A stretch of 63,936 bases of DNA, counting the filler, from Basidiobolus ranarum (taxonomy: Eukaryota): assembly GCA_040143965.1 (NCBI GenBank). It is 3 parts of 3 records of this genome, joined end to end, with 100 filler letters (N's around TTAATTAATTAA, not from the genome) between each part and the next. Parts side by side here need not be neighbours in the genome. Positions count along the whole stretch, not along the records: positions 1 to 22,370 come from JASJQH010007063.1; 2 more parts are not named here. One strand, written 5' to 3'. The position numbers and the translations under genes are program-made. Of this stretch, positions 1 through 14,175 are shown piece by piece (the first letter of the stretch is position 1; each line of letters begins with the position of its first letter). The notes under the pieces were generated by a model. That model made no database searches. It was not told the DNA's origin and saw nothing but the letters and a program-made list of their open reading frames with translations.

Positions 1-1121
1 TGTGGTTTAAATATCATTTGTAATGGTATAACTGAACTCTATTCAGGAAATTTCAAAATCGAGTGAAAAAAGGTTTAAACTCACCGAACAAGGGGATCCC
101 ATTGACTTTATGTCTTGGTTCTTAAATACTCTACACCGAGATTTGGGTGGAACTCGAAAGCGTCAGAGTAAGCAATCCATCTTCGTATCGACTGTTGCTT
201 CATATTAACTCTTTATCAGGTATCATCACGAAAATATTTCAAGGAATGGTTCGTGTTGACACGCAATCAATTCTTGTTAAGGAGGACAACGACGAGCCGT
301 TAGCAATGGACATTGATAGAGGTTAGCGAACTTACACAGCTATGTTCAAATGAGCTCTATTAACATGAATTATATGATAGATATCACCACTACTGTATCT
401 CCATTTATGTTTTTGACACTTGATCTTCCACCACCACCACTGTTTCAAGATGAAGTCGAAAGAAATATTATCCCTCAGGTACATAGCACCTTCTTCATCT
501 AGCAACTAGCACCGCTTTACTAAACTAATCGTTATAGATTCCATTGAGCACTCTGTTGGGTAAATATGATGGCCAAAGAACTCAAGTAAGTAGTCACGCG
601 TAAACTCGACTGCTTGACCATGAACTAAGAGCTTGTATTTATAGGAAGTTAGTGGGTACGCCAAAAGATTTCACCTGTTGAAGCTACCTCGTTATGTGAT
701 TTTCCACATCAAACGATTCACGAAAAATAATTGGACATTTGAAAAGAATCCTACCATTGTGAACTTCCCGATCCGTAACATTGATCTCTCAGAGCTTCTT
801 AGTAAAGAGCAAGAGGAACTGGAGACCGTAGAAGGACATTATGACTTGATAGCTAATATCTCCCATGAAGGAAAACCCGGAGCCGGTCAAGGTGCCTACA
901 AAGTGCATGTGAGACATCGAGGAAAGGATCAATGGTTCCAGATCCAAGATCTTATTGTCGAAGAGATTATTCCACAAATGATTTTCTTATCAGAATCTTT
1001 CATTCAGGTACGGTTAGTTATAGCTTAGTTGGTTGAGAGTCTAAAACTAATCATATTCTATTCAATTCATCAGATTTGGGAACGTAAACCGATCTCAAAG
1101 GGAAAAAATAAGGAAACTTGA
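1..1121 (+). CDS. SAD1: U4/U6.U5 tri-snRNP-associated USP39/Sad1-like inactive ubiquitin protease, 3' part, multi-exon (5' end outside window)
   Basis: Spliced exons read ...QGDPIDFMSWFLNTLHRDLGG...PFMFLTLDLPPPPLFQDEVERNIIPQ...LPRYVIFHIKRFTKNNWTFEKNPTIVNFP...YDLIANISHEG...WFQIQDLIVEEIIPQMIFLSESFIQ|IWERK. These are Sad1/USP39-typical motifs. Several short GT-AG introns; TGA at 1119-1121. Confidence 0.92.
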
Positions 1122-1674
1122 TTCTCTTTGTACATATATACCTGTACCAAGCTTTAAATCTATCTTAGACGAGGAAATGATATTTCATCGATTGATCGAT
1201 TAATCATCTTTTAATTCTATCAGTAAAAATCATTCAATATTCATTTTTACCATCGGATAAATTAAAGAAATTAACCACTAAGGAATGAAACAATACATTG
1301 AGCAGCCTTAAACTCAACAGTTCTTCCCGCAGCCAAGTGCAGACTTGATATTGCTCTTTGAAGTTCTGAAGCCGCAGTCAAAATATTATCATCAATTTAT
1401 GAAATAATATATAGGAATGATGCACTTTTCTGACTTCCTTTATGCATTATCATTGGAGATAAATAGGCGGCTTTCAAAAACAACATCAATATAAAGGTAC
1501 TTCGAGATTGATGTTAAAAGTTATATTTATTTTGATTCTGATAGTCACATTCGAGTCGAATTTTGGGCTTAATAGTTGATATATCATAATAGTTAATCTC
1601 GTGTACATATATATACAATTCGGATACATCCAATACATTCGGTCGGCTCCAAGTTTTTGCTTAACTCCGCTAAA

Positions 1675-3000
<1,326 letters not shown>

Positions 3001-3578
3001 TTTAATAGCTTTAATTACAGCTCCACCTTTTACGTCTACTTTCGATATTTGATGGTTATTGTGGTGATTCTTAATTATTATCTAATCAAGCCTCTTCCAT
3101 GTATATTACACCATAATAAACAACCGGCCCATGAGTAGCTTTTAATCGAGGTTTTAACTTGACTAGGCTCAAGACAGTAGGTTTAATGGACTGCAAATTG
3201 ATTGCAATCATTAGCCAAAATGACGATATCCATACGATATATTACCCTGATTAGTTTCGGAGATGAGAAACTCCGAGACGCAACACTTGGAGAGCAGCAA
3301 AGATCACTCGGATCACAACAAAGTCGGGGTCAGTTGTTTGAGAGGTCCGTATTGCGATATATGGAAAATATATGAGATCTTCCATTCAACAAGTAAAAGA
3401 CCCAAAAGGAATGGTGAATAGTGGCACCTATAATGTGATCTTATGATACCATTTCTTTCACGTATTGTCAAATACCTTTTCTCTGGGGTAGATCGCTAAT
3501 CGTACCTTACTCTAAAGTATATATACATGTCACGATAGAGCTATTAACCAAAACAAGACACTCAAGCCCACCTTCAAT

Positions 3579-4616
3579 ATGACCATTACTTCTGAACTTA
3601 CCTCTACCCAACAGCCTATTGTTGAGGTCAAAAGCATTGCCAAGGGCGCTAATAGCCAATACTTTAATGGCTCTAACGCAGATCCAGAGTTTAGAGCTCT
3701 TTTAAACGGAGATACTAAACGTGTTGATTTGACTCCATCAATCGGAACTGAGCTGGTAGGAATACAAATTGCTGATTTAAATGATACACAATTGAATGAA
3801 GTGGCTCTTTTGGTGGCAGAACGTGGGGTGGTATTCTTTCGAGACCAGGAACTAAGTCGTGATCAACAGCTGGACTTTGGTCGTAAATTTGGACCATTAC
3901 ATATTCACCCAGTTGCACGAGGTCCCGAAGGTTATCCTGAAATCATTCGCCCCTCTGGCGGAGCCAAAGGGTTGCCTAAGGAGCTCAATAAAACTCGGGC
4001 CGACACTTGGCATACCGATGTATCATTTGATGTGGTATCTCCTTCTTTTTCCATTCTCCAGCTATTAAAGGTGCCACCTACCGGAGGGGATACAATCTGG
4101 GCTAACGGTTACAGTCTCTATGATGAATTATCCCCAGTTCTTCAAAATTTCTTGGATACCCTGACCGGAATTCATTCTGGAGAAGGATTTGTTCAACTTA
4201 GTAAAATCATCGGAGTTCCTCCATTGTATGAAATTCCAGTCGCTACCGAACATCCAGTAGTTCGTACCCATCCAATTACCAATCAGAAGTCTTTGTACGT
4301 TAATCCTGGATTTACTAAATCAATCAAGAATTTAACTGCAGTGGAATCGGATACTCTCTTAACCTTCCTATTCAACCACATCAAGACCACTCATAAGGCT
4401 CAAGTTCGCTGGACCTGGACAGCAAATACCGTAGCCATATGGGACAATCGTAGCACCCTTCATGTAGCAGTTAGTGATTATGAGCATGAAGAAGCAGGCT
4501 CACGTTATGGTGAACGAGTCACGGTTATTGGCGCAGAAAGGCCTTATTTTGACCCTATCAACAGTATCACTGAGAAAGAAGTTAAAGCTAAGAGACGTAA
4601 TGAACAAGCAAACTAA
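3579..4616 (+). CDS. TauD/TfdA-family Fe(II)/2-oxoglutarate sulfonate dioxygenase (Jlp1-like)
   Basis: Intronless 345 aa ORF with LTPSIGTEL, ERGVVFFRDQ, WHTDVSF (HxD), GGDTIW, HPVVRTHP and WDNRSTLH. Confidence 0.92.
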   Translation: MTITSELTSTQQPIVEVKSIAKGANSQYFNGSNADPEFRALLNGDTKRVDLTPSIGTELVGIQIADLNDTQLNEVALLVAERGVVFFRDQELSRDQQLDFGRKFGPLHIHPVARGPEGYPEIIRPSGGAKGLPKELNKTRADTWHTDVSFDVVSPSFSILQLLKVPPTGGDTIWANGYSLYDELSPVLQNFLDTLTGIHSGEGFVQLSKIIGVPPLYEIPVATEHPVVRTHPITNQKSLYVNPGFTKSIKNLTAVESDTLLTFLFNHIKTTHKAQVRWTWTANTVAIWDNRSTLHVAVSDYEHEEAGSRYGERVTVIGAERPYFDPINSITEKEVKAKRRNEQAN

Positions 4617-4770
4617 TTGCATAGTTCAAATCTAGAATGAAAATAAATACCCGAGATATTCTTCTCGATTAGTATATTCACTTATTGTGGAATGAAATCC
4701 CATCTTTCTCTAATGATTTAATCAGATTTATTGTTTTTGCTGGTAGTTCACACATAAAACGACCATTCAT

Positions 4771-6250
4771 TTAATGATTCAAATAGTACTTCTTATTCCA
4801 TTGATAGTAATAACTAACAACCATGAAAGGTTGTCCCAAGATACAGAAGGAAACCCAAAATACAATGTTCCCGGCACTGGATTTGGGGAATTTTTGACTT
4901 ATCATTCCTGTTAGCATGACCATTGGAATTTGTCCCAGCATTCCCCAGAAAGCTAGTCCTGATACGATATGTGTGGGAATACCGATGAGTAATTCGTGGA
5001 GTACAGCCGAGATAAAGAAAGTCACACACATGGCACCAAAGGGAGATATACCAGCACGTCGAAATGGTACGTAGGTATGACGTTTGAAAAACTTATGAAC
5101 TGGTTGATTCCATAAGCGCCAATATTCACCGAGGTTAGTGTTATTCCACCAAGGCAAATAAAATGCACGATCACCAAAGTGTAAAATTTCAGCTAAACAA
5201 TTAAGGTACGCGTGGAAGAATGCGAAGAAGCCAAGTAACCAAACAAGAACTACTATGGTGGAAAGTTTCATAACTCTTTCAATAATAATAACCAGGTCTT
5301 GCTCCTCCATAGCCTTCACAGAGTTCCAAAGGGTTGGCTTCGCATATTGTTCAACCAAGAAATACATCATAAAGGTAGCACTAAGACATTCCGTCAGTCT
5401 CTTAAAGAAGAAACGTCTTCTAAACCGAGGAGTGCGAGGATACGAAGGCTGGTAGCATAATGTAGGAACAAACCAGAAGTAGAATGCATCTTTGAGTGTG
5501 ATATTGTTAGGATATGATACGTCATAAGAGTCAATGGGCTGTCCACTGAACAGTGCGTCACGCATGTCACGGTTAACCAGGTAGTAGGAAATAAGCTTCA
5601 TCATCAGGGCACATGCCATAAACAAGACAATAGTGCTTAAAGCTGGATGATAAACTTGAGTATAGCAAATATATGAAGGAAGCACAATGCTACAAAGAAT
5701 ATTAGCTATATGTAATCCACTGATGATGTATCTATAAGGTGATGGAAATTGCGAGTTGGCAAGGTTTTTAGGCAAAGTGTTGCTGAGAATGAGAGCAATC
5801 TTTTCTATGGAGAAGGCGACCAGAACGTTAATAGGTAGTATGATGTATGCGAGGAAAGACATTGGATAGTCTTCTTTTGGGATATCATGACCCGGTACGT
5901 TAATTAAGAAGCCATATTTTTGATAATTTTCAACGATAAGTCGAATATTAGTTACAAATAGTAAAAGCACTATAAAAACCGTATGATGTAAGTACTAAAT
6001 TGAAGAAAGAAAGAGAATATGTTGACGTACTGGCAAGATTTAGGAAACCGCGATAGTCTTCTTGTGGTGCATCTTTAGATAGAGCGGAATGGCGTACCTG
6101 AATATGGGCAGGGCGAGTATGCTTAAAGGCGTATTGATCCAATTCTTTTCCTTTATCCTGTGGCTTTTTCTCGTCCACCGGTTGCTCTACAGGCTTATCA
6201 GTCAGCTCTGCGACATCACGCTTTCGTTGTTTTAAATTAGATTCAGCCAT
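4771..6250 (-). CDS. DGAT1: MBOAT acyltransferase, diacylglycerol O-acyltransferase 1 / ACAT family
   Basis: ATG 6250 (MAESNLKQRK); intron 5970-6030. Motifs YRGFLNLA|MLLLFVTNIRLIVEN, PTLCYQPSYPRT, FGDRAFYLPWWN, YWRLWNQPVH and SAVLHELL (catalytic His). Confidence 0.9.
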
Positions 6251-7213
6251 GAGAGTGGCCAAAATGTAAAAGGTAGGGAATAGAAAGGGGTAAAGTAGGG
6301 GCGAATTATATGATTTGGAAATACTGAAGAGTTGACAAGCTGAAGTTAAATAGTACAACCTCTGTAAATCTAAGAGTATGATTCAAGGATGAAAAATTTA
6401 GGTTAAAGAATTCGATTGGACTCTTTAGTCAATAGTAACGTTAACCCCAGCATGATGGATAAGCCTCATTGAATTTGCACGTGAAATACCGATAAAAAAC
6501 CCGGATAGTAACGAATGATTGATCCGAATTAGCGGGGACTTTATTTGATATGGTCCAAAAAAATCGATTAATTAACCTGATGTCTATTCAGAGCTTTATG
6601 GATGCCAATTTCGCCATCTCAATGTAAGCTTTTCTACAATGATACGTATGCACCCCAAAAACCAACTAAAACTGATCACAAATAACGAACATGGGTGCAG
6701 TCTATTTGCATGTGAAAATAGCTAATCTGTTGGTGATGTAAACCGAGAGATTGTATTAGATTTATAACTGTAACTGTAGCTTAACTAACCCCTCCACCAC
6801 GCCCATTACTCCAATAAAAATATACTAATTCTACGTTATTTGGTTTCAAGCATAAAATATTTAGTATGTAAGCTCAACTGTTAAAATAGACTATTAGATA
6901 TTAGTGACCAGTACCTATGTTTACCAGAAAAATGAAGAAATCATGGGAAAATATGAGGTGTAAGTTTCTGAAGAATATTTAAGGTAAAGACTACATACAT
7001 TTGAAATATTATATGTTTGTACAAACGGTAACGATACCGAACAAAGAAAGATACGTAAAATAAGACAAAACCGTTGGAGTATTTTAAAAGGGATGTTTTT
7101 CAACAATATAAATGTGACGAAATTGAATAAATAATCATGAACGCTGGTAACTCATATGTAAGGGAGTATATAAAAAAAAGCGAAAAAAAGACCATGATTC
7201 GAGTTTCACCTTA

Positions 7214-8587
7214 TTATTCGTCTTTATCTTCGCTAATACCTGCCGCTGCTAAAGTACGCTTTCTATTAAGCTTGGCATAATCTAAATAAAAATTGGAAAG
7301 TTTAGAACATAATTTGAATATGTTCATCTGTGACTATTTTTACTTACGCAAACCACACGCATTACATAGTGTTCTAGCACCATCGGGGCCTCGTCTCCAT
7401 TCAGGAGTTTCGGTGGAGTTACAGGCGTGACATCTCCTTGGTTGAGATCCATTTCTTGTTCGTTTCTGATACTTCGACTTGGAATTCGATAATAAACTTC
7501 TTTTGTCACGAATGTATTTCATATCTTCATCTTCTAGTTTCGAAGATTCCTCCTCCTCCTCCTCCTCTGAACCACCCCCTTCCATCTCTGATTCCGGGTT
7601 AGTACGAAGACTTTCTGAACGAAGACTCATTAGAACTTGCAAAATATCATAAGTATGATTGGTCATTTGCTTAAGCAAGTGATCAGGAGGAAGCGACCTC
7701 ATTTTGTCAGTATGGAATGATGAATATCCATAATCGGTAGCAAATTGATGTAATGTTTTACAGTTTTCAATAACTGTATCCAAACCCAAAGAACGAGGCG
7801 CTCTTTCTGGTAGTGAATATCTACCAGGTCGGCCATTAACACGACTCCAATTATCTGAAGGATGTGACAGGCTATACATGTCTGGCCTTCTTCTATAGTC
7901 ACGTTCCATTAGAGGATGATACCCACGAAATTCATGCGCCATAGTATATTCATTCTCTGACGGATGATCATATCCATTAGTAGAATAGTATGAAGTTGGC
8001 AACTTCGAATAGCCTTCGTGTGAAGGCCTTCTTCGAGGCATTTCCCATTCAATGTGCTCTGTTGGTATTCTTGGTCTGTGTACTCTTGGTTCTACCTCAG
8101 AATACAAATACCTGTCATATACTTTGACATCAGTGTCCTCAGCATAATTAAAGTGTCGAGAAGCTATCGATGAGGCAGGGGGATATTCTCTTTCATACGG
8201 ACCGAATCTTGAAGGATGAGTCTCACCCAAGTGAGAATTAGGACTTTCGTAGATGGGCTTGGAATCGAGCGGTCTTAAAGGATTCTGCCTAGGACCAACT
8301 GTTTTGAGGCTATTGTCCTCAAAATAATTTTCTGCTAGGTCCATGGGTTTAAAGGGTTCGTTAAGAAATCTGGTTTCTTCTAAACGAGTGCGACCTGGAT
8401 AAACAGGATAAGCGGAAGGAAAGGACTCGTGTGATTTCGTATATAAATCATCGGGGGTTTCAACACGTTGGGGTGTACTGAAAGAAGGAAAGTTGGCATC
8501 TTTATTGACGATAGAAGTCAAGCCTAAATGAGATAATGTTGGCAGTTCTGTAGGTATCCCTACCGGGTAGGTTACATGCTGTGACAT
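7214..8587 (-). CDS. GATA zinc-finger transcription factor
   Basis: C-terminal CHACNSTETPEWRRGPDGARTLCNACGL. After an intron (about 7282-7346) a last exon reads YAKLNRKRTLAAAGISEDKDE*, stop 7214-7216. Confidence 0.88.
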
Positions 8588-9829
8588 GATACGATATCTT
8601 TAAAGGTAGATATCTATAAAGTGTGGACGAGCGAATATTTACTGAAAAGTAATGTTTCAACAACACTCCTTCAACCAAAGGTTTATGAGTGTCTACTCAA
8701 GTGTATAGATTGTAATAGTGGTGATTGAAATGTAGTAGTTCTAACTGAGGAATAATAAAACACAACTGCAATATAGGTCTGGTAGAAGAGTTGCTGAGAC
8801 TAAAAAGATGAAGTCAGAAAACAGAGTTATCAGCGAACGAGATCATATATATGCTCAAATATAAAACAGGGTATGAGAAAAAATTATGCACCATTGATTA
8901 TTTGTTGATTGTATCCGCAAACCTGGCGAATAAATTTCTTGTGTGTGTGCCTTCCAATCAAATCACCTCACAATATGGCATACTCGTTTTATTTGGATGA
9001 AATCTGACCAAGATCGCTAATCCGATTAACTTGGGCAATTCGGTGATCTCGATGTATTGCCATTGACGTAATATATGACATTAAAATTGATGTGATTGTC
9101 TATCACGATCATTACTCCCAAGATGCCATGAATATTTCTCAATAGCGATATACAATCTGAGATCTGAGTTAAATATATCGCGATGGAATCGACTCGGCTG
9201 GTTTTTAAACCATGGAATTTAAATTTATTGTAGGAATTCCGATCGATACAGTGAAATTTTCGTGCTAATTATTGGGATATTTGGTTTTAAACCTTATCGT
9301 TTATGTCGATGCATCAGATCTCTGATGCAAAATACATCATTCTTATATTACCATTTATAATCACAAGTTACCCTATATATATCGTCAACGAGTCTTTAGT
9401 ATTTGTTGAAATATAGAAGTAACATCTGATTATGGATTGATATGGAGGAGGATTAGTTAATCCGTGAGTTTTTCCAAGTTTAACCGGTGATTCTCCATAG
9501 CCAATGAATCCATACAGATAGGTAGGAAGGCGTATTGGAAGGTGTACCAAATCGTTTACTAGCTTATCTTGAGCAAACGGGGTATATATTTTGAAGTTCA
9601 CTCAAATCTAGATATATCTGCGAGTTCTAGATCTTTTACATACAATCAAATCCCAATTATGAGTACCTTTGGACTCCAAATTGAAGTGTTGTTGCTTAAA
9701 AACAGCACTTAAATGACCCAAATGTAATTACTATAGAGAAGAAAATCCATTCAAAAAGTTATTCTATTAGCTACTTCAGGTCCTGAATATATTTTTCTAG
9801 AATCTTGTTGAATACATATAGTAACCCCG

Positions 9830-10842
9830 TTTTTCCTGTGAGGATCATCATTGATGCGGTGGACATCACTCAAAAAGCCAAGCGTTCTAACGCTGATTAA
9901 GGTAATCCTTTCTTGATTTTTCTGGAACCTTACGGAATACAGTATAATGTCCTGCTTTTACCAAGAGGATCATTGTTGACGCGCTAAATCTGTAAGATAA
10001 ATTATAATTACATTTAAACGATAAGAGAGTTATGATTAAATAAATCAAACTTCGTGATTTTCTGAAGCTGCCACTTAGCTATAAGATTACAGCAGCGGAC
10101 ATATATATAGGGTATGGGTGTAGAAGGATGAAAAGGAGGCTTGTTAAAACGAAAAATAGTTCAGTAGCTGGCAAGAAAAATCCAGAAAATCGAAATTTCC
10201 AAAATGCCATTCATCAATTAAAGGCCTTTCGAGATTTTTATCACTCTAAAAATGAAGCGAGGAAGACAAGGTTTCTAGAAATTCTAAACCAATGAATCCA
10301 CCGAAATTTATATACATCCGAAAGACGGTTCATAGTAAATGAAGAAGGCAAGGTGCTACTTATTGTACACATTTATACCATCTTGCTGAAACAACTTACA
10401 AAAACATGTCAATTTTATCTACATGGTGTTAGGACCATTCCAAAAAAAGGCAGCGAGTACCATGATGATTGGCGACGGAAGAGCTGGTGTGGGATCAACA
10501 ATCAAGAGATATCAAAGATATTGTGGCAAATAGAAGCAAGAACTTCATGAAAAATACACAAAAATGGCTTCATAAACTTGTATATACTGCTTTTCCAAAC
10601 TGGATTATCCAGTAGATGTAAGATCACGAAACAGTAAAAAGATCTATGCCAAGAAAAATGCGCTCGGTAATAAGGAAAAAAGCGATTGTACCAAGATACA
10701 CTTCGTCGGCACTGGGAAACGGTTTGTCGGGTGCGGTAAATCTGTATTTCGACCGAACTTTTCCCGCATTCATACGGCTTCATTCAAATTCAACATTGAA
10801 TTTTTGAAAACCACCTCTCAAAAACATCCGAAATATGTTTAA
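9830..10842 (+). pseudogene. Degenerate Fanzor (eukaryotic TnpB/IS200-IS605-derived RNA-guided nuclease), RuvC + Zn-finger half
   Basis: Collinear broken frames. FSGT-[frameshift]-YGI at 9918-9939 (RuvC-I). DFLKLPLSYKITAADI...KAFRDFYHSKNEARKTRFLEI...TSERRFI from 10056. MMIGDGRAGVGSTIKRYQRYCGK*KQELH...KMAS*TCIYCFSKL from 10462. PRYTSSALGNGLSGAVNLYFDRTFPAF from 10691 (RuvC-III). The motif order matches fungal, Mucorales-type Fanzor1 proteins as recalled. The 5' boundary is uncertain. Confidence 0.75.
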
Positions 10843-12800
10843 CAGCGAGAAAATTTAAGGTCAAGTTCTCGTAATAACTTCAACAAAATTGCAACACAAA
10901 GATATCGCAAATCTACTCCACGTTCAACTTGCTTATGTAACATTATTCTGCTTATGTTCTTTTATTACAATCTCCAAAGAATGGATCAAATCATCATTAT
11001 GATGCACCATATATATATCGGCCGCCATTCCGAATCAGTACCCCTTTTACCGATTGCGGATAAAAGCGGCTTTTGCCTCAAAAAGAGCCGAAATGACGGA
11101 GGGATTATTGTAATTTCGGGATCTAGTTTCTAACCTTTTGTACGATAGGTGTATTTCATAAATTGCTGATTTCCCTCCCTTCCCCTTCTCTCCATATTAT
11201 TATCATCTATCTTCTAAATCACTCTTCGAGGATATTCATTGGTTTTTGAGGAGTAGGAAGCCGTAGATTGCAATATCCATATGGGGATAGTCTACCTATA
11301 CACATGGTTTTTATTTTTAGATTGAGGTGACAACAGGGTACTGTATTTCCGCCTAGGTTACACATTCCGAATTCTCAATAGTTATTAGTTTGTCATTTCG
11401 TACCTCAATAGAACGAATATATTATATTAAAATCATATACATGGTTCAAATATATCTATGGCTTAAAAGCCGTTCTTGGCATTGGCTACTGTGATTTGTC
11501 ATATAAGGTGTTACATGCACAGTAAGCTAACGACAAATTTATTTCCCCTAGCATATGATGTAATTAGTATCTATCTAAACTTTATTTCATGGTAATAGTA
11601 TATAGTATTCCATGGTAACAGCCAGTCACCACTCGACCCTAGAACATGATTGGACCTGTAAAACACTGGAGATAAGGAAAATTGCGTGGGCGTTTGGCCA
11701 TTAAGTACAACAAAGATGCACTACTATTTTAACCTTGAAGACATCTTTTGTGGAAGTCATCAGGGCCGACATACTTTCTGTCCTACGTATAGGTTCTAAA
11801 TGAACTCGGTTTCATATAAGGTTGCATACATTAGCACGCTACTGATATAATCTAGAATTGTATACTACCTCCGCAAAAACAAGTGCTATTATTATTCGAA
11901 TATCACCTCAGCCGGTACATCCATGATTACGCCAATCCGCATGCCATCGAAATACAATATATGTCTAATACCAGGTAGAAACGCCAAAGCTTCAAAAAGG
12001 CAAAACTCATGGACAACCAAATAACTGAATTTCATCTAGAGATTTCTGAACCAAGCCAATAATTTGAATCAGGTATAGCTAAGCCTTAGACGTAATGCCA
12101 ACATTTTTGTGCGCTGTTCAACGCCACAAAGTCAAAGAGGCATTTTTTAATATTGATTAAGGGACGCGAAGGAATTCCCAACCAATATATCTTTCTCTAT
12201 ATCAGGTTTACAATTCGTCAACTAGGCATTGTGATCGCTTTATAGGCTACAGCGATTGATTAGCATTCACTTTAGATACCGTCACTTCACATAATCGAGT
12301 TTGAAGGAGCTTCGTGAGGCATTAGGCGCTACTCGTACATTAGCCTTCTATTACGAAGTTCTACCAAGCACTTCGATGATTGTAACTTGTTTCAGTTTAA
12401 TCTGCTCATCTCAACTCTCATTTACTATGTGTTGGTTGAGGGATGAATCATTGTAGATGTCTCTAACAGGAATGATAAATCTCAGATCCAGATCTTATTG
12501 GTGGTCTTGATCAAGTCTAAATAGAACACTTACAACTCTACATTAATTAAGAAATGAAGCTTATTATCCTTGCGATTGGTAAAGCAAATTGCAATACTTT
12601 CTCGCCATGGCCCATAGACTTCCAAATCAGTAATTGAAGGATCACTAACTGTGCCATCAATTTCTTTAGTACTACAAGAAATCCATTTTGGGTAGAACAT
12701 CGTGCTGATTTTAGATTACTTTTGATGATTTCCAACATCTCCAAATACTTATAAGAAGTAACGTCGCTTGGTTATTGCTCACTAAGTTCTCAACCTCAAT

Positions 12801-14175
12801 ATGTCTTTAAAGGTTAGCACTATTTCTCCAGCTAAAATTTTCACTTGCATTTTCCTCCTAAATAGAATTAATGTATATCATATAATCCGCATCACATATA
12901 CTCATACGACTTCTTTTTTATTATTAGAAACTTTTTGTGACAGTCGCACTGCTTGCTACCGCAACCCAGATCAGTGCTATCTGTGAAAATTACAAAGGTA
13001 ACTGTCCTGCCGAGGCACCCTGTTGTAAGGACGGTTGGTGTAGTAACGATGCATTATTCTGTTCTCCTTTGAACTGTCGCCCACAAGACAGTTACACTCC
13101 TCAGAGTTGTTACCCAAGAGCCTTATGTGTTGATGCCAACCACGAATTTGATAGCCCTAAGATTGCTGGTACTAATTTCACCGGTGATCCTGCAGTTGCC
13201 GAATGGACATCGGACTTCCAACCCTCCAATGTCGTTGCGGAGAATGGTCAATTGGTACTCTTCATGCCTCTTGACTCTAAACCCAATAGCTTTGGTAAAA
13301 CTCAAGGCTTTGGTGCGACTGTCTCTGCTGTTAGGTAATGCTAATTTCTATGAGAAATTACTAAAAGAAAGATACTTATTTTTATTTTATTGTTAAGATG
13401 GTTTGAATTTGGTAAAGTCAGTGCTAGAATTAAGAGTGCCTCCACCAGTCCTGGTGTAGTCTCTTCATTCATCGTAAGTATTTTAGTGTCATATGCAAAT
13501 ATGTATATATGACTTACAATGATTTGATTTTGACATTAGGTCCGTAACTTGGAAGGTGACGAGATTGATTTTGAATGGGTCGGTGGATATCCCAACCGTG
13601 TTGAATCCAACTATTACTACGGAAACGATCACGATTTCTCCAATGGAGGTAAACACGAAGTTGGTGCCAATACCTCTGAGGACTGGCATACATATGCCAT
13701 AGAGTGGCAACCTGATTTTATTACTTGGTCTGTTGATGACAAAGTTATGCGTACTGTCAAGAAAGATGACACCTTCAATAAGGAAAAGAATGCCTACTTG
13801 TACCCACAACGTATGGCACGTGTTCAACTAGGTATCTGGGATGGTGGTCGTGGTAGCGAAGGTACCAAAGAGTGGGCTGGTGGGGAAACTGACTGGTCGG
13901 ATCCTAACCGTGTTTACAAGATGTATGTAGACTGGGTAAAGATCGAATGCAAGTATGGTGGTAACGAGACCGTTGCTTGGGTCACTCCAACCCCTTCCGT
14001 AAGCGCCACTGCTATTACCACTCTTGGTTCTGGTACCCCAGTGCCTACCAATCCTGGTAACGACAACCATAGTAAGAACGAGCCCAGTAAAAGTGATAAG
14101 AGTGGTGCTTCTTCCCTTTTTGCTGGGATTCTTCCATTAGTCTTTGCTGCTTCTGTTGGGCATCTCTTAAATTAG
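12801..14175 (+). CDS. UTR2: GH16 chitin transglycosylase (Crh/Utr2-like) with N-terminal chitin-binding Cys domain and probable GPI signal
   Basis: A 12-nt first exon (MSLK, intron 12813-12927) joins KLFVTVALLATATQISA as a signal peptide. CPAEAPCCKDGWC domain, catalytic DEIDFE, QLGIWDGG...EWAGG, S/T-rich linker and hydrophobic C-terminus. Confidence 0.88.

Noticed and set aside
10502-10783. 93-aa minus-strand ORF and 65-aa plus-strand ORF (10353-10550) as genes
   Set aside because: Shadow or off-frame ORFs of the Fanzor relic.
12300-12760. Possible decayed coding or TE sequence upstream of the GH16 gene, sharing tccaacatctccaa with about 48720
   Set aside because: A 14-bp match only, with no recognisable protein motif.
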